Of a stretch of 64,000 bases of DNA, positions 31,293-40,700 are shown piece by piece. How positions within the stretch are numbered: position 1 is the first letter of the stretch; each line of letters opens with the position of its first letter. Both the position numbers and the translations under genes were made by a program. The notes under the pieces were generated by a model. That model worked only from the letters and a program-made list of their open reading frames with translations, was not told the origin of the DNA and made no database searches. Source of the DNA: Rikenella microfusus (GTDB lineage: Bacteria; Bacteroidota; Bacteroidia; Bacteroidales; DYQK01); the NCBI GenBank assembly GCA_020719385.1, contig DYQK01000001.1, forward strand, positions 5,630 to 69,629, read 5' to 3'.

Positions 31293-32267
31293 TTACAAAT
31301 TAATTTTCAAATTTTTTATTAATTCATAGATAGAAAAAAAGTTTTGATTCTCAAAGTTCCAAAAATATTTTTTCTCGGAATTTTTTTTGATAAAAATTTT
31401 TTTCTCGGAATTTTTATCTATTTGAAAATCAATGCGTTGCAGAGATTTTTGAGTCCAAAAAAATATTTTTTCGTCTTCTACGTCAGAAATCAAATTGACA
31501 AATTGAGGTTTTGGGTGTGAAAATTTAAAATTTCCATCTTTTTCGTCGAAAAACATCGAATTATCTGAAAATAAATTTGAAAAAATATTTTGCAAAATCA
31601 AATCCTCAGGTGCCGCTTCGAGAATGGTGTTGTTGTGAATCAGCCAAATTTTGTCGGCAATTTGCAAAACTACGCTTAAATCGTGAGAGGAAAAAATGAC
31701 GGTTTTATTTTCTTGATTCGTTAACTGCTTCAAAATCAAGAGAATATCAAATTTCGAAACAATATCTAAAAATGCTGTTGGTTCGTCTAATAAAATAAAC
31801 GGCGTATTTTGGGCGAGAGTGCGGGCAATCAAAGTTTTTTGCTTTTCTCCATCGCTAATTTCGTTAAAATTTCGATATTTTAGATGAGTTATCTTTGTGG
31901 TAATCAATGCTTTGTCGATAAAAAATCTGTCTGTTTCGCTTAAATTTCCGAAGTGATTTGTGTGCGGGAAACGTCCTGCGGCGACAACTTCGTACACTTT
32001 TAAAAAATTAACTGCGGGCAATTCCGTACTCACAAAAGAGAGATTTTTTGCCCATTCTTTGCGGGAATATTGGGAAATATTTTTTTCGAACAGAGAAATT
32101 TCACCTACTGCGGCGGGCAAAAGTTTCATTAACGTTTTGAGAAACGTACTTTTTCCTGTCCCGTTCATTCCGATGAGAGAAATTAATTCGCCTTTGTTTG
32201 CCGATAAATTGAGATTTGAAAGTAAAATTTTAGACGAATAACCAACGTTTAAGTTATTGATAATCAA
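31293..32267 (-). CDS. ABC transporter ATP-binding protein (iron-chelate/cobalamin type)
   Basis: GMNGTGKST, ISDGEKQK, LLDEPT, SSHD. Confidence 0.9.
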   Translation of the reverse strand: MIINNLNVGYSSKILLSNLNLSANKGELISLIGMNGTGKSTFLKTLMKLLPAAVGEISLFEKNISQYSRKEWAKNLSFVSTELPAVNFLKVYEVVAAGRFPHTNHFGNLSETDRFFIDKALITTKITHLKYRNFNEISDGEKQKTLIARTLAQNTPFILLDEPTAFLDIVSKFDILLILKQLTNQENKTVIFSSHDLSVVLQIADKIWLIHNNTILEAAPEDLILQNIFSNLFSDNSMFFDEKDGNFKFSHPKPQFVNLISDVEDEKIFFWTQKSLQRIDFQIDKNSEKKIFIKKNSEKKYFWNFENQNFFSIYELIKNLKINL

Positions 32268-32271
32268 AGTT

Positions 32272-35200
32272 TTACAATTTAATTCCTAAAATACTAATAT
32301 CATCTCGTTGCTCCTCTGAACCCTGATGCAGAGCAAGAGACTCAATAATGTTATTTTTTTGCTCTTCTAAGGAAAGAGAAATATTTTGCAGCAACATTGA
32401 AATAAATTTTTGCGTTCCAAAACGCGAGTGAGAAATGTTGCTTTGGTCGATAATTCCGTCAGTGGTGAGATAAATGAAATCATTTTTTTGCAGCGTTAGC
32501 TCTTGCTGCGAGAAGTCAAAATTGTCTTTTCCGACTCTTGCTCCGCCGATAGATTTTCTGTCTCCTTTGAGAATCGAAATTTCTTTTCCTGTGTTGCGAT
32601 AATAAAATAAAGATAATTTTGCACCGCCGAAAATGATTTTAACGTCTTGATTATCAAGATATTCTATTCGACAAAGACAAATATCCATTCCGTCATTATT
32701 ATCGTTTTTGCTTTGATTTAACGCAACTTGAATGCTTTGATTTAACGTTTTGAGAATTTCTGAAGGGTGAAAAATTTGTTTTTCGTTTACAATTTCGTTC
32801 AATAATCGACTTCCAATCATCGACATAAACGCCCCCGGAACGCCGTGACCTGTGCAATCGACAACTGCGAGAAAAATCATTTTGTCAACCATCGAAAACC
32901 AATAAAAATCGCCTGAAACAATATCTTTGGGTTTATAAATAATGAAAAAATCGAAAAATTGTTTAAGAATATCGGTTTGCGGCAAAATTGCGTTTTGAAT
33001 AGTTTGTGCGTAGAGAATGCTTTTTCGAATTTGTAAATTTTGAAACTCAAGTTTTTCTTTTTGCATCGAAATCTCGTTTTGTGCTTCTTTCAAAGACGAA
33101 ATATCGGTGTCAATGGCAACAAGTTTGCGAATATTTCCGTCAACATCTAAGATGGGCGTCAATGTTGTCTGAATCCAAATATTTTTCCCTTCGAAATTTT
33201 TCGTTTCAAATTCGTAGGTTACCGAAATTTTTTTCGTTTTACAAATTTCAATTTGTTCTTTTATATAAGAATCAGTTTTCGGACCGACAATATTTTCGCT
33301 AATTTCTTTGATTAATTGTTCAAAAGAGTAACCAAAAATCCGTCTAAAACCTTCATTTACCCACTCGAAACGTCCAAATTCGTCCATAATTAAAACGGCG
33401 TTGTCCGTTTCGCTTGCCACGAGAGACAATTTTTCCAATTCCTTGTTATTTTGTTCCAACAATTCGGCTTGTGCGAGGATTTCCTCTTTTTGCTGCACGA
33501 CCTCAGCTGTCCTTTGCCGTACAATTTCCTCTAATCTCAGATTTGCTGCCTTGAGTCTGCGAAGTTGATATTGCGTTGCGGCATAAAAGAGAAATATGCC
33601 AATTATCACGTAACCCGCATACGCCCAAGGAGTTCGATACCAAGGCGGCAAAATTTTGAACTTATAAATTGCTTCTTTACTCTCGATTCCAAAAATATTT
33701 TTCGCTTTCACGCGAAAAACATAACTTCCTGCAGACAAATTTGTATATTCCTTCAACGTTTTATTGTCCCAATGCGACCAATTTTTATCGAAACCTTCGA
33801 GTTGAAAACTATATTCGTTGGCAGATTCCTTCTCAAAACTTGTCGCAGCAAATTCAAAAGTTAAAGAATTAAATTTATATGGAAGTTTTAGAAACGTAAC
33901 CTCAGGCTGTTGACTTGTAAAAACGGGAAACATTTTTTCTTTCTGCAAAGAATCTTTAAAATATGTCCCAAAAAATATTGTTGAGTCGTTGCGAATAGTA
34001 ACATTTCGAATCAAAACGTTAAAATTTGTCTGAAAATTTGTAGAAATATTCGGGTTATAGCGAAATAAACCTTCGTTTGTACAAATCCACGCAATAGAAT
34101 CTTCCACCACAAACTGATGAATATACGTTGGTTTGTCAACAAACGGCACAGGTTTCCAGTCGTAAACACCCAACTGATTTTTTGCCAAAAAACCAACGCC
34201 AACACCTGAATTTATCCAAATTCTTTGTTTTTTGTCAATATAAATTTGCGTTGTTTTAATGGAGTCTTTCGCAAATTTTTCAGCAAAATTTATTTCAGGA
34301 ACAAACCTAACTCGTTGATTATCAAATATTATCGTTTTATAAATTCCTTTTGGAGTTGCCAAAAACAATTCATTTTTAGAAAAATGCAGAAAAATATGGT
34401 CAATTTGTGCTAAACCATCTTTTGTGTTGTAACTTTTCAACTCGTAATCGTTGATATTTTTGTTAAATTTCAAATAAATTAAACCGTTGAAAAGTGTTGA
34501 TAACCAAAGATTGCCGGCACTATCAACAGCAATATCTCGAATTGGGTCAGAGATTTCGTTGAAACGTTTATAACTAAGAAATTGTATATCTCCTTGATTT
34601 CGTTGCACTTGCAATGCGACAAGTCCGTCATAAACTCCTGCAAAAATATAATTTGGAAACTTCGGATTCTCAATTAGTCGGTAAGTTTTTCCCAAAGAAG
34701 GAAAAATTTGTGAATAATTTTTTGTGTCTATCAAAAAAATTCCTTTCGTCGAGCCTGCCAAAACTTTGTTACCGAGAGGTAACAATTCCCAAAACGAGGT
34801 TTTTATGTTGTTTGCCCAAATAAACGAATGTTGGTCGTTTTCGATATTTGTTTGATAATCGGGAAGGTAAAAAATTCCGTCTGCACTTCCGCAAAACCGT
34901 GTTTGCCCGACTTTTGCGGTAATAAGGGCAACTCCTTGCAGACCGTTTATTTGACTAAACTGCGTTATCGGAGAAATTAAGGAAATTTTCGAGATTCCGT
35001 CATCGCAAGCAGCCCAAAGATTTTGGTTGTTGTCAACTAAAAGTTGATGCACATTATTATTTCTCAAGCCGCGATTTTTGTTGATAATTTGCATTAATTC
35101 GCCGTTTTTATTGAGTAAAACTATTCCGCCGCTGACGGTTGCGAGGGCAAATAAATTTTCGTTAATTTTTTTGCCGCACTGAACTCCATTGTGTGCGAGA

Positions 35201-36012
35201 TAATTGTCAACTGACGTTGGAAGTTCGCGGATTAAATCGGAGAAAGAATGTTTTTTCGAGAAATTCCATTTTCCTTTGAGAAATAACTTTTTTAAATCAT
35301 AAATAAAAAGTCCTTTTTTTTCGGTAACAATTAAAATTTTAGACTCTTCGAAAGGTAAAATTACGAGATTTCCGAATTCGGCGGTAAAAAATTCGGTATA
35401 AGGAAGTGAGTGAAGTTGTTGATTATCAATGAGAAATAAACCTTTTTGTGAGTCGTGAAAAATTAAAAATTCGTTGTGAACGAGAAAACTATTTAAAAAA
35501 TTATAATTTTCGATTGTTTTAACGGTATCATTTTGATATAAAAAAATTTTTTTTTGCGTGAAAAAATAAACGCCGTTTTTTGTTGCGAAACATTTCCACA
35601 CATCTTTAAACGTTTTTTCTTGTTCAGAAAAGTGAGAAAGCAGCGAGATATATTTGACTTTTCCCTGCGTATTGCTTGCCAAATAGCCGAATTCGTTTTG
35701 TGCTGCAACATATATAACTCCTTGATTATCAACACTTAATGAACGCACAAGTGTATGATTCTTTGTCGGAATCATATTCCATTTTTTGCCGTCAAATTCT
35801 AATATTCCGTCAGTGTTGCCGAAGTATAAAATACCTCTTGGGTCTTGAGAAATAGTCCAATTTTGGGGGTCTGCGTTGTATTCTTTTGGGGAATAATTTC
35901 GAATGGCAGGAGCACCTGTTTCGAGATTTGCGTGCTGCGAGAAGACGGAAATTTCCACAAAATAAAACATTATCGCAAATATATATCGAATTCTGTTATG
36001 AGTTGATTCCAT
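32272..36012 (-). CDS. Membrane sensor: beta-propeller, Y_Y_Y, TM, PAS, SpoIIE/PP2C phosphatase
   Basis: Propeller repeats, YTNLSAGSYVFRVKA, PPWYRT, PAS/PAC, VSGDFYW, DCTGHGVPGA, DGMD, TDG, RDD. Confidence 0.9.
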   Translation of the reverse strand: MESTHNRIRYIFAIMFYFVEISVFSQHANLETGAPAIRNYSPKEYNADPQNWTISQDPRGILYFGNTDGILEFDGKKWNMIPTKNHTLVRSLSVDNQGVIYVAAQNEFGYLASNTQGKVKYISLLSHFSEQEKTFKDVWKCFATKNGVYFFTQKKIFLYQNDTVKTIENYNFLNSFLVHNEFLIFHDSQKGLFLIDNQQLHSLPYTEFFTAEFGNLVILPFEESKILIVTEKKGLFIYDLKKLFLKGKWNFSKKHSFSDLIRELPTSVDNYLAHNGVQCGKKINENLFALATVSGGIVLLNKNGELMQIINKNRGLRNNNVHQLLVDNNQNLWAACDDGISKISLISPITQFSQINGLQGVALITAKVGQTRFCGSADGIFYLPDYQTNIENDQHSFIWANNIKTSFWELLPLGNKVLAGSTKGIFLIDTKNYSQIFPSLGKTYRLIENPKFPNYIFAGVYDGLVALQVQRNQGDIQFLSYKRFNEISDPIRDIAVDSAGNLWLSTLFNGLIYLKFNKNINDYELKSYNTKDGLAQIDHIFLHFSKNELFLATPKGIYKTIIFDNQRVRFVPEINFAEKFAKDSIKTTQIYIDKKQRIWINSGVGVGFLAKNQLGVYDWKPVPFVDKPTYIHQFVVEDSIAWICTNEGLFRYNPNISTNFQTNFNVLIRNVTIRNDSTIFFGTYFKDSLQKEKMFPVFTSQQPEVTFLKLPYKFNSLTFEFAATSFEKESANEYSFQLEGFDKNWSHWDNKTLKEYTNLSAGSYVFRVKAKNIFGIESKEAIYKFKILPPWYRTPWAYAGYVIIGIFLFYAATQYQLRRLKAANLRLEEIVRQRTAEVVQQKEEILAQAELLEQNNKELEKLSLVASETDNAVLIMDEFGRFEWVNEGFRRIFGYSFEQLIKEISENIVGPKTDSYIKEQIEICKTKKISVTYEFETKNFEGKNIWIQTTLTPILDVDGNIRKLVAIDTDISSLKEAQNEISMQKEKLEFQNLQIRKSILYAQTIQNAILPQTDILKQFFDFFIIYKPKDIVSGDFYWFSMVDKMIFLAVVDCTGHGVPGAFMSMIGSRLLNEIVNEKQIFHPSEILKTLNQSIQVALNQSKNDNNDGMDICLCRIEYLDNQDVKIIFGGAKLSLFYYRNTGKEISILKGDRKSIGGARVGKDNFDFSQQELTLQKNDFIYLTTDGIIDQSNISHSRFGTQKFISMLLQNISLSLEEQKNNIIESLALHQGSEEQRDDISILGIKL

Positions 36013-36101
36013 AAAGTTATAAATATTTCACAAACGAATATTACAAAAATAATACAATTTTTTCAATATTTTGCAAAAATAAAAATTTTTTTGTGAAAAA
36101 A

Positions 36102-37055
36102 TTAATATTTTCGTTGTTTTACGCAAAATTTATATGCGAGAAGGAATTCTATGCTTCCAAAATTGTAATTTTGTATTCTTGTGAAACCATATTGATATGC
36201 GAGGGCTGTTTGAAAACTTTCGCTGATAAAAAAACCTGTGAAAAAATTAATTGCGTTTCCGCCTTCTGCTTGTTCGGAGAGTGCGTTTTCGTAGGAAATT
36301 CCGACCCAAAAAAGTTTGCCGAGATGTAATTTTAGGTTAAAATCGGCTTTCACAAAATTAATTTCAGACATTTTAAACGAGAGAGAAGGTTCGATGGCGG
36401 TTTTTCTGTCAGGTAAATCGAATTTGTACGATGAAAAGAGAAAATAATGTCGTGGGAAATAGGGTTCTTCTTTGTTATATGAGCCGATTCTTTGCTTGAG
36501 AAGGTGCGTTCCTGATATTCCGAGTGAGAAATGACTTCCATAAATTAAAAATCCTGCGTTGAAATCGGGAGAAAATAAATTTTTTTCTGAATTGTCAATG
36601 TTTGGGTCGGGGTTTAATGTAGAAATTTTACTTCCATCGAAAGAAAAAACGCAACCAACAAACGAAATGCCAAGCGAGAAGTAATATTTTTCTCTTGAAT
36701 TATCGTCCATTAACATTTGGCTGTGAAAAGCATAAGTGAGTTGAAACCCTTTTTCTGAGTTTAAACCGTTTTTGTGTGAGAAGATTATTGCTCCGAGTCC
36801 GTGATAAGTCTCTCGTTTCGTTTTGAAAAGCGAACTTCGGGCAAAAACGCTCAGTGTTTGAGTATTCGGTGCATTTTCGAAGTTCAACCATTGATGTCTG
36901 TCGGTGAAATTTACGTTAACACAATTTGATTGTCCCGCTGCGGCGGGGTTTAACAAAAACGAATTTAACATATATTGTTTATAAATCGGCAAATCTTGAC
37001 TTTTTGAGTGTGCAAAAATCGAGAGTAAAATCAAAAAAAAGATATATTTTTTCAT
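36102..37055 (-). CDS. PorP/SprF family type IX secretion membrane protein
   Basis: QYMLNSFLLNPAAAG, RHQW, APNTQ, YAFH, GSIE. Confidence 0.9.
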   Translation of the reverse strand: MKKYIFFLILLSIFAHSKSQDLPIYKQYMLNSFLLNPAAAGQSNCVNVNFTDRHQWLNFENAPNTQTLSVFARSSLFKTKRETYHGLGAIIFSHKNGLNSEKGFQLTYAFHSQMLMDDNSREKYYFSLGISFVGCVFSFDGSKISTLNPDPNIDNSEKNLFSPDFNAGFLIYGSHFSLGISGTHLLKQRIGSYNKEEPYFPRHYFLFSSYKFDLPDRKTAIEPSLSFKMSEINFVKADFNLKLHLGKLFWVGISYENALSEQAEGGNAINFFTGFFISESFQTALAYQYGFTRIQNYNFGSIEFLLAYKFCVKQRKY

Positions 37056-37164
37056 AAAATTCAAAAATTTCTCGACAAAAATAATAAAAAAATTTGAGAT
37101 AACAAATTTTTTTTATTCGAGAAAATATATTTATCTTTGTCTCTCAAAATTTTTTCACAAACCA

Positions 37165-37686
37165 ATGAAAACAAAACAAATTAATTTTTACTTCACTCCG
37201 CAAGACATTTCTGAATTTGAGAAATATATTTTGGCAAATTGGGAGATTATTCCGAATTTTTTGCCGACCAATAAAATCGAAACACAAAAACATTTCGAAA
37301 ATTTGTGTTATTTCGTTTTGCCGCAGCACAAAGACAAAGTGCAGTTGAAGTATATTTCTGCAAAAACTTTGTACAAAGTTGATATGAATATTAGTCCTGT
37401 GATAGAATTTGTGAATTCTCATTTAGACGAGTCTACGAATGTTTTGAGACGTGGCAGAATATTTTTTGCTCAAGAATTTTTGTTACATCATTCGTTTTTA
37501 TCTTTTCCAAATGATTTTGTTGAAAATGCAAAAAAATTATTTCGTTGGGTGCAAAAACATTTCAAAGATGTAAAATTAACAAATTACGAGGGTTTATTAG
37601 TTTCTGAAAACGCTTTAAAATGGCAACAACAGACAAGTGGAACTTTACTTTTGAATAATTTTACTCCCAAAACAAAAATTTTATAA
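37165..37686 (+). CDS. Hypothetical protein, possible immunity-type protein
   Basis: 173 aa with its own promoter box (37132) and terminator. Confidence 0.75.
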   Translation: MKTKQINFYFTPQDISEFEKYILANWEIIPNFLPTNKIETQKHFENLCYFVLPQHKDKVQLKYISAKTLYKVDMNISPVIEFVNSHLDESTNVLRRGRIFFAQEFLLHHSFLSFPNDFVENAKKLFRWVQKHFKDVKLTNYEGLLVSENALKWQQQTSGTLLLNNFTPKTKIL

Positions 37687-37716
37687 AAAAAACCATCTCT
37701 TGCGAGATGGTTTTTT
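37687..37716. terminator. Bidirectional terminator
   Basis: A6-CCATCTC-TTGC-GAGATGG-T6. Confidence 0.85.
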
Positions 37717-37738
37717 GTGTGAAAAATTTACGAAAAAC

Positions 37739-40700
37739 TTATTTAATTATCACTTTTTGAACAGAAACTCCGTTTTTATCAAAAACTTTTACAACGTAAG
37801 TACCTGAAATTGAGAGTGAAATTTTTGTAAACGAATTTTCCGAAGTTTGTAAAGCAACATTTTTGCCCATTATATCGAAAATTTCGATTTTCGAAGCACC
37901 CTGCAAATTGCTGATATAAACATCTTTCTCGAAAGAATAGATATTTACAGCGTTAGTCGCAAGCACTTTTTTCACGTCAGTTGCTGTTTTCTTGCCAAAA
38001 TGCAAATTAAATCGATGAGTGTTATCAGATGTTGAGTAGTCAAAAGAGTAATTTTCTTTCGACAAGTCAATAAATTTACCTGTCAAAATGTCTTCAAGAT
38101 AAACATTTTCAATTTTCATTTCAGTTGCTGCAACGGTGTAATTGCCCGATTTTCCTGCTTCGAAGTAAAGTGGCAACACATCTGTTGATGGTAAAATGTT
38201 CATTGCTGTAGGAATTCCGTCATCTGTTGTGGTGTAAAGATGTGGAAGAGCAAAATTTGATTCGAAAATTTTATACGCATCAAATTCGTTGTCGAAGTTT
38301 GTTGTTGCTTGTTCGTTGAACATAACAACGGTTTCGTCTCCTGTTGCGTATTCGTTTCCTGCTGAGAGTTTCAAAATTGACTGTTGAGTCGATTTATAAG
38401 TTGCTTGTTGTTGATGTTCGCGAGCGAGATTATTGACTTTGATAGTTCCTGTTGCGGTGTTGCAAATGACCATGAATCCTTGTGTTGCGGGGATTTTGCT
38501 TGTTGCACCGAATGTTCCTGTCGAGGTGGTTGCGTTGTAGGAAGCGATTCTTTCGCCTTGTAGGAAATAAATTGTCGGGGTAACACTCGTCTTAGCCCAT
38601 CCTTGTGGAATGCACCAGTTGATAGTTGATGGATATGGGTTTCCAATTAAATTTGCACCTGAACGGAGAGAATATACTTTTTCACCAGAGAAGAATTGTC
38701 CGCCTGTGAGAGTAATTGTGCGTAAGGCAGTTGATAATAAAACTTCGTATCCCTTCATTGGAGAGTTAAACGCTGCAACAGAGTAATTTTGTAAACCGCT
38801 GGTATAATTTGCGATGTTGCTTCCTGTGATTCCTGTGCCGCTGTTGAGTTGTTGTAAACGAATAGTTGTTCCGAGATTCGATACGGGAACCGTTGGCATT
38901 GGAATAGAAATCCAGTGTGGTCTCGGAGCATTTCCGTCATTGACAAATCGTTCTATGGAGTAAGTACCCGAACATCTCAAAACGCCGTTAGTGATTAACG
39001 AGCCTGTTCCGCGTGCGGTGTTACGAATCAAAATATTTCCCATTACGGTGACCGTTTTTCCTGTGTTGACGGTCAATTTTCCTGTCGGTGCAATAGTTAA
39101 ATTTCGTGCGGTGAGATTTAATCCGCTGTTGTTGATTCCAACGATATAAAGGTCTTCGATAATTGCGTTTGCAGAAGAATCGGGACTTCCGTTGTTCCAC
39201 GAAGTTCCGTTCCAAGTTGTTGTGCGAAAATCTACGGTGAGATGTGCAGAGTTAGATATTACTGTGCCGCATCGGTTTGTAACGGTGACGAAATAAGTTC
39301 CTGTGTCGGAAATAGAGGCACGTTGAATGTAATAATCTGAACTTATGCGACTTGCTTGACCGTTTTTATACCATTGATAAGTAAATTGTGGCGTTCCTGT
39401 TACTTGAACATCAAACGAAATTGCTTGTCCGAATGTTACTGTTGTGTCTGCTGGATGTGGTTGTTGAACGATAACGGGTTGCATACAAATGGGTACGCCG
39501 ATAGCACTTTTAACTGCTCGAATGTTACTGAAATCAGTAATTTCTGAAGTTTGAGAACTTTCGTCAATTTTAACAATAGTAGAACCAATTAATTCTGCGA
39601 CATAAAAATCATTTTGAAGTTTAGTGAGATATGTTGGAGAATATAATCCCGAAACAAAAGAATTATCTACATTGCTTCCGTTTAATAACGCACTTCCGAT
39701 GAATCCTTCGTTCATCGTCCAATAAATATTTGTGTTATCAATGAACATTCCTTGTGGAATATAGTCAGTAACAATGAAGGTGTCAGTAAATGATGCACCA
39801 TTAAATTCCATTCTTCCGATAAAACCGCTTTCTGAACTGAAATATACTTTTCCGTTCAAAACTTGCATTGCACAGCCTTGATTTGCGTTGGAATTACCAA
39901 TATTAATTGCATCGATTTGTGTTCCTGAAGCATCATAGACAAAAATCATTCCATAACTATACACAAAAAGTTTGTTTGAAGCATGGTCAAATTCGATGTC
40001 GTTGATTCCTGCTTCTGTGAGGAATGTATCAACTCCACTTCCGTCAAGATTTGCTTTTCTCACATAGTTTTCAGTAGCCCAATAAATTTTATTTCCTGCT
40101 CCGTCAATGGCAATATCAAGAATTTCAAAGTCATCGGCAACTAAAGTCACTCTGTTTGTGCCGTCAGGGTTCAAACGAGTAACTTTATAGAATCCTGCGG
40201 TATCCATTTCAGCAACGTACAAATATAATTGCCCAATTTGTAAATTTGCAAAAGTCGAAGTATCTGAACCACAACCATTCGAGACAATACAATAATAAAC
40301 GCCTGTGTCAGACATTTGTGTCGGACCAACAGACAAAGAATCGCTTGTTGCTCCCGAGATAGAAGCATTATTTCTGTACCACTGATAAGTTAAATTGCTG
40401 CCTGTTGCGGAAACACCTAATCTTGCTAATCTTCCTGTTTCGATAAAAATATCTTGAGGATTTCCAGTGATATTGGGTGCGTCACAAACGTTTACGGTTA
40501 AAGTAACATCATTAGTGCTGCGGCTGCCGCAAGAATTTGTTGCCTCGCAATTGTAAATGCCCTCGTTTGCTTCGGTGACAGAATTTAAAGTTAAAATTCG
40601 AGTTGTTGCCCCACTAATTGCGGCAGAATCTTTAAACCATTGATAAGTAATGTTTTGTCCCGTTGCATAAGTAGAGAAAGTTGTGTTTTGATAAGCGTCA

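Noticed and set aside
31368..31415. Short tandem duplication (NSEKK twice) in the ABC ATPase tail
   Set aside because: Low complexity, in frame, no evident significance
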